A stretch of 64,000 nt of DNA, from positions 7,874,001-7,938,000 of the forward strand of contig OX597819.1 of NCBI GenBank assembly GCA_951406725.2. The letters are read 5' to 3'. The stretch is from Octopus vulgaris (Eukaryota). Shown here piece by piece: positions 57,972 through 64,000 of this stretch (its first letter is position 1; every line of letters starts with the position of its first letter). A model generated the notes under the pieces. The model made no database searches. It was not told the origin of the DNA and saw only the letters and a program-made list of their open reading frames with translations. Both the position numbers and the translations under genes were made by a program.

Positions 57972-58457
57972 GTGGAGGCGCAATGGCCCAGTGGTTAGGG
58001 CAGCGGACTCGCGGTCATAGGATCGCGGTTTCGATTCCCAGACCGGGCGTTGTGAGTGTTTATTGAGCGAAAACACCTAAAAGCTTCACGAGGCTCCGGC
58101 AGGGGATGGTGGTGATCCCTGCTGTACTCTTTCACCACAACTTTCTCTCACTCTTACTTCCTGTTTCTGTTGTACCTGTATTTGGTAGACGGAAACTGAA
58201 AGAAGCCTGTCGTATATATGTATATATATATATATGTGCATGTGTGTTTGTTTGTGTGTCTGTGTTTGTCCCCCTAGCATTGCTTGACAACCAATGCTGG
58301 TGTATTTATGTTCCCGTTACTTAGCGGTTCGGCAAAAGAGACAGATAGAATAAGTACTGGGCTTACAAAAAGAATAAGTTACTCGATTAAAGGCGGTGCT
58401 CCAGCATGGCCGCAGTCAAATGACTGAAACAAGTAAAAGAGTAAAAGAGTAAAGAGT
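57972..58457 (+). mobile_element. Chimeric SINE: A head/body (57972-58183) fused to B body/tail (58184-58457)
   Basis: Junction GTACCTGTATTT|GGTAGACGG at shared ATTT. Confidence 0.88.
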
Positions 58458-58941
58458 ATGCCTTTCTTTATATTTATCTGTGAAGTGTTTTGCTATTGCA
58501 GATAGAGTTGACTCCTCGTGAAGTTTTCGGCAGTAGTAATATTTGCCTCTATATATGTATATATATATATATAAATATATGTATGTGTGTTTAATATAGA
58601 TTTTAGCTCGAACTCTTCGAACAGATTAATTGGACAACCGATGCTGGTGTGTTTATGTCCCCGTTACTTAGCGTTTCAACGTTAACGAAGTTTATTCTGT
58701 TTTTCAATGTACGTGGTTTGTGTAATTCGGCTAAATCCGGTATCTACGTTCGTTCGTAGCTAACCGTCAATTACATAGAAAAGTCCATTTCCAAGTTGCC
58801 AAGTTTCTTGGCATAGAACTAGTATTTGTGTATGCGAATGTGTATATGAGTGTATGTGTGTATGTTTGTTTGTGTGTGTGTGTGTGTGTTTGTGTGTGTG
58901 CTTGTCTAAAAATTTCACATGAACATATCTATGTCTGTCTG

Positions 58942-58991
<50 letters not shown>

Positions 58992-59009
58992 AGTCTGTCT
59001 GTCTATCTA

Positions 59010-59091
<82 letters not shown>

Positions 59092-59283
59092 CAGTGATAC
59101 TGTATATATACTGTACAAGTATACACAAGAATATCTCACCTTATGAAAAGTTTGTTCTAGCGTGTAATTCCATAATGTGAACTGACTTGATTAGTGTGAG
59201 AGATGGTGGTGGAATGAAAGCTACTGGGGTTACCTTCTAATAGTTCATCTTTAACAACTACTGAAGTGGAGAAGAACTTCTCC

Positions 59284-59447
59284 AGGCGTAGGAGTGTTTG
59301 TGTGGTAAGTAGCTTGCTTACGAACCACTTGGTTTCGGGTTCAGTCCCACTGCGAGGCACCTTGGGCAAGTGTCTTCTACTATAGCATCGGGCCGACCAA
59401 ATCCTTGTGAGTGGATTTGGTAGACGGAAACTGAGAGAAGCCCGTCG

Positions 59448-59481
<34 letters not shown>

Positions 59482-59762
59482 TGTATGTATGTATGTATGT
59501 ATGTATGTATGTATGTATGTGTGTGTGTGTGTGTTTGTGTGTTTGTGTGTCTGTGTTTGTTCCCCCGATATCGCTAGACAACCGATGCTGATGTGTTTAC
59601 GTCCCCGGAACTTAGCGGTTAGGCAAGAGAGACCGATGGAATAAGTACCAGGCTTACAAAGAATAAGTCCTGGGGTCGATTTGCTCGACTAAAGGTGGTG
59701 CTCCAACATGGCCACAGTCACATGACTGAAGCAAGTAAGGGAGTAAAGGAGAGTAAGAGAGT
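59284..59762 (+). mobile_element. SINE family B, diverged, internal (TATG)n
   Basis: Matches the B consensus. Confidence 0.88.
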
Positions 59763-59799
59763 AGTTTAATGCTTAAAGAGTATAAACTCTGTGCAGGAA

Positions 59800-60485
59800 T
59801 GGAGCTCATACACTTTATGTATTTTTTTAATTTACCAGTGAAGTTTAAAAAGCTTAGGATCGTTCACAATGGGAGTCGTTATCAGGAAACATAAGCAGAT
59901 TTTCCTCTAGAAGTGTCAAACCTTCAGCAATACTTTGCAGAAAATTTAATTGGAGCTGGTGGAATTTCCTTATTTTCATCTGTATTCTCACTTTGTTCCT
60001 GTTCTAACAGCATCATCTTCCTCATTAGATAATCTTTCTCTATGGTACACTAACGAGTCAACCACTTCATCTATGACCTCATCAAAACTACATCTTTTGC
60101 CGGTATCACATCTTTTCGAATTTGATGAAGATTTTCTGCTTGTAAAGGTACTTGTAAAGATACATTATGGCCATATATTCTTTCCAAACACCATTGAAAT
60201 TTGAGGGTTTTATTTCATCCCATGGCTCAGTTATGTTATTCCCAGCATCTGATATGTTGATCTTCACCCAGAAGTGGCCATTTCTTGCAGAAGAAGCGTC
60301 AGGCGACTTTTCGAAGCTTTGAATCCTGGTGCTGATTCATTTTTCAGGAGAAATAAAAGTTCTAGCAGATCTTCAGTATAATTAGTAACAGCCTCTATTA
60401 GCACTAGTAGCTTAATCAGTCATTTTTTTATGTTCTGCAACTTCAAGTATTTCTTTAACCTTTCAAATAATTTTAATCTGATCAA
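59800..60485 (-). pseudogene. Tigger/pogo DDE transposase relic, internally deleted
   Basis: Minus-strand peptides LFERLKK..LQNIK, RTFIS..SAPGFKASKSRLTLLL, FWVKINISDA..I.EPWDEIKPSNFNGVWK and LSNEE. Confidence 0.78.
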
Positions 60486-60493
60486 ATACATTG

Positions 60494-60884
60494 TAGTAGT
60501 AGGAGCACTCCGTCGGTTACGACGACGAGGGTTCCGGTTGATCCGATCAACGGAACAGCCTGCTCGTGAAATTAACGTGTAAGTGGCTGAACACTCCACA
60601 GACACGTGCACCCTTAACGTAGTTCTCGGGGATATTCAGCGTGACACAGAGAGTGACAAGGCCGGCCCCTTGAAATACAAGGTACAACAGAAACAGGAAG
60701 TAAGAGTGAGAGAAAGTTGTGGTGAAAGAGTACAGCAGGGACACCACCATCCCCTGCCGGAGCCTCGTGGAGCTTTTAGGTGTTTTCGCTCAATAAACAC
60801 TTACAACGCCCGGTCTGGGAATCGAAACCGCGATCCTATGACCGCGAGTCCGCTACCCTAACAACTGGCCCATTGCGCCTCCAC
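60494..60884 (-). mobile_element. SINE family A, full length
   Basis: TSD CAAATACATTG at 60483-60493 and 60885-60895. Confidence 0.92.
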
Positions 60885-61107
60885 CAAATACATTGGCGCA
60901 CTGAATTAAAAACTCTAATCAATAAAACTATAAACGATACGCATGATATGACATCGAATAAGAAGAACCATAAAAAAGAAACGAATAAAATAATGCAGGT
61001 AAAGGAAAACAACACAAAACAAACAATCGTTTCACCTTTAGGAATATCATAAAGGGTAATTTAAACTCCAATAGGAGAAAACCCAACAGTATCTAAAATA
61101 CACTCAC

Positions 61108-61243
61108 CTGCTGTAAAAATGGAGTATCCAAGATAAGAAATTACCAGCTGATGGATAAAAAACGGACCAATATTCTGCCTGTTATAAATATTATGAAAAC
61201 CAACTGGAGATACGCAAACAATGGCAGTATATTTGAAAACCAT
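61108..61243 (-). CDS. Candidate first coding exon (45 codons + 1 nt), possible signal peptide/anchor; product unknown
   Basis: gtaATGG Kozak context, hydrophobic FFIHQLVISYLGYSIFTA, consensus donor CAG|GTGAGT, unique sequence. No homology recognised. Confidence 0.3.
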
Positions 61244-61458
61244 TACTTGAGTATGGCGAAAAGCAAAAATAAAAGGACTAGGAACCGTACTGTGGCCGAG
61301 TATATTCTTTAATACACGATGTTACTTCAAAATTGTTAGCCCCGTGAGTTACAGATAGTGGCTGTTCCAGTTATTCTCCCTTGCCAGCCTCCGGGGCAAC
61401 ACCTCTTCCATTTTGTCCGCCTGAATTACAGCCACCTAGTTGTTGGCGCATTTACAAA

Positions 61459-61860
61459 TTTATATATATAAAACTGTAGTTGTGTGAATGTCTGTCTCCT
61501 ACGATTTAGATTCCTAACTCCTCCCACATTTTGCGGTGCAGTTTAACCAAATTCGGGTATCTTATAGTCGTGATTCATATCGAGCCCTTCTGGGTATTTG
61601 CACGCGTCTACGATGAGTCTACGATTTAAAAAAAAAATTACCATCATTTGTTTCCATTTGAATGCATTTTTTTCGCTATTATATAAGGGAAGTAACTCTC
61701 TAAAAATGTCTACGATGAGTCAACGATTTTAAAAAAATTTACCATCATTTTGTTTCCATTTTTAATGCATTTTTTTGCTACTTTTTGGCTATAACTCTCT
61801 AAAAATGCTTATATAGTTATTTCCCTTACAAACCCGAGCAACGCCGGGCGATACTGCTAG
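61459..61860 (+). mobile_element. Non-autonomous Helitron, copy 3
   Basis: Same body, hairpin and CTAG|T end; 5' TC degenerate. Confidence 0.87.
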
Positions 61861-62246
61861 TTTTATGTACACCTAGATGAATGGGATATATTAAGCTGAT
61901 ACCATTTACAAGAAAGTCAGAAAATCGCGTTCTCTAACAAATGTAAAGTCATTACCAATTTATCTGTTTGTATTCTTGGATGTATATAACTGTTTCACTA
62001 CTTCAATTCCAAGGCACTTACCAGATTTCTACCTTAAAACCTAACCAAAGCTGACTCTGCTATTACTCCCAATCTGTATTATCTCTCTTTCTTGCCCGTT
62101 TCCTTTTATGCTTTTTCTTCCCCTCTCTGTTTCATTTTTTCCCTTTACTTTTTCCCCTTTGCTATATCTCTCTTTCTCCTTTATCTCAACATTTAAAAAA
62201 AAAAAAAAAGACTTCTCTTATGATAAGCATCTGTTCTATGTTTACA

Positions 62247-62639
62247 TCTTTATATATAAAAGTGAGGTTGTGTGCTGTCTGTCTCCTACGATTTAGATTC
62301 CTAACTACTCCCACATTTTGCGGTGCAGTTTAACCAAAATCGGGTATCTTATAGTCGTGATTCATATCGAGCCCTTCTGGGTATTAGCGCGCGTCTACGA
62401 TGAGTCTACGATTTAAAAAAAAATTTACCATCAATTTTTCCCATGCATTTTTGGCATATATAAGGTAAGTAACTCTCTAAAAATGTATTATTAAATCTCA
62501 GAACGTAAAAAGCTACAGTAACACCCCCATCCCCTTTGTGGTTAGCCATATTGAGATGGCTATTATACTTTACATCTCTAAAAATGCTTATATAGTTATT
62601 TCCCTTACAAACCCGAGCAACGCCGGGCGATACTGCTAG
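62247..62639 (+). mobile_element. Non-autonomous Helitron, copy 4 (variant interior)
   Basis: A|TC...CTAG|T, with one repeat unit plus a distinct ~90-bp segment. Confidence 0.87.
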
Positions 62640-62816
62640 TAATGTAATAAAGAGTTTCTCAGAAAAACAGTTCCAAGTCTGCAAATAAATAGACTATGAA
62701 CCAGCACTGCCGAAGATGCAAGTAGCTACAATTGCGAAACATGTATAGGGAACAAAAAAGCAAAAACTGCCTGTTGTTGTCATCCTATTTTTCTTATATG
62801 TGTGCGTGTGTATCTG

Positions 62817-62817
<1 letters not shown>

Positions 62818-62855
<38 letters not shown>

Positions 62856-62885
62856 GTCTAACTATCTATCTATCTATCTGTCTAA

Positions 62886-62964
<79 letters not shown>

Positions 62965-63012
62965 CCCCTCTCTCTCTATCTATCTATCTACCTACCTACC
63001 TACCTACCTACC

Positions 63013-63045
<33 letters not shown>

Positions 63046-63067
63046 GCCTGCCTGCCTGCCTGCCTGC

Positions 63068-63126
<59 letters not shown>

Positions 63127-63149
63127 CTCTATCTATCTATCTATCTATC

Positions 63150-63206
<57 letters not shown>

Positions 63207-63290
63207 CCTATCTATCTATCTATCTATCTATCTACCTATCTATCTATCTATCTATCTATCATCTATCTATCTATCTAAATATCTATCTAT
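62818..63290. repeat. (CTAT)n/(CTAC)n/(CTGT)n/(CTGC)n compound tetranucleotide array
   Basis: Directly visible. Confidence 0.95.
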
Positions 63291-63717
63291 TATGATTTCG
63301 AAATTTTTTTTATCCTTCGTCAATGTGGAAAGGTGTGTACCCATCGTTCTTTGCCTGTTTTGGGCTCGGAAGCTAATGAAGAGTAGAAAGGTAGCTTTAT
63401 TCAAACCAGAAATGTAACCCAAACTTTGGCAATAGTGTGAACTTCGAGAAAGGCTCTGAAGAACGAGGGGTGATTGCATTAAAGTGAGTGATGAATTAAG
63501 TCTCCTACGTAAGGATTCGGAGCCCAGAATGCTGGGACAAATAACACAAAGTTTCTCATCCGACTTGCAATTTCAATATTCTATTTCCCTGGGTCAGAAT
63601 TTTATTCATGATAGATCGACATTTTGTAATATTCTCTCGCATAGCTGTCAACAACTTTCATTTTAACAGCAACGACTCAATACATACTATATACATACAG
63701 ATGTATATCTGTATGCG

Positions 63718-63801
<84 letters not shown>

Positions 63802-63926
63802 CTGTGTGAATGTGTGCTGTGCTGTGTGTATGTGTATATGGATGTGAATGTGTGCTGTGCTGTGTGTCAGTTAGATGCACGACTGCTATTGGTGAATATT
63901 CCTGTGCATATATATCCATGTTTGTG

Positions 63927-63965
<39 letters not shown>

Positions 63966-64000
63966 GACAATCTTACTTAGAAATGGATGCGTGCGTTCCG

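Overview
AT-rich, microsatellite-saturated animal DNA. The repeat families look like those of an octopus (coleoid cephalopod); this is an inference from repeat content. No complete host gene is supported, and almost all ORFs in the track are microsatellite or SINE read-throughs. The window is a dense, nested transposable-element landscape. It holds at least six SINE families (labelled A, A2, B, C, E, F, plus an old family G) and four non-autonomous Helitrons. DNA-transposon relics include a full-length decayed DD36E Tc1, an IR/DR Tc1, a rosa/DD41D-like mariner and a Tigger/pogo element. LINE fragments come from the RTE (two), CR1, L1/Tx1 and CRE-like clades, and there is a possible DIRS tyrosine-recombinase relic. 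Most interesting: (1) several sequence-unrelated type I hammerhead ribozyme motifs sit in short Penelope-like/retrozyme-like inserts in or beside (TA)n tracts, including a 188-bp near-perfect palindrome carrying two back-to-back hammerheads; (2) shared 3' tails link SINEs to likely partner LINEs in the same window (B with CR1, A2 with RTE, C with an orphan 3' UTR); (3) a 3.56-kb segment is bounded by inverted copies of a compound-microsatellite block; (4) a candidate minus-strand first coding exon near 61.1-61.2 kb would make the rest of the window a giant intron.
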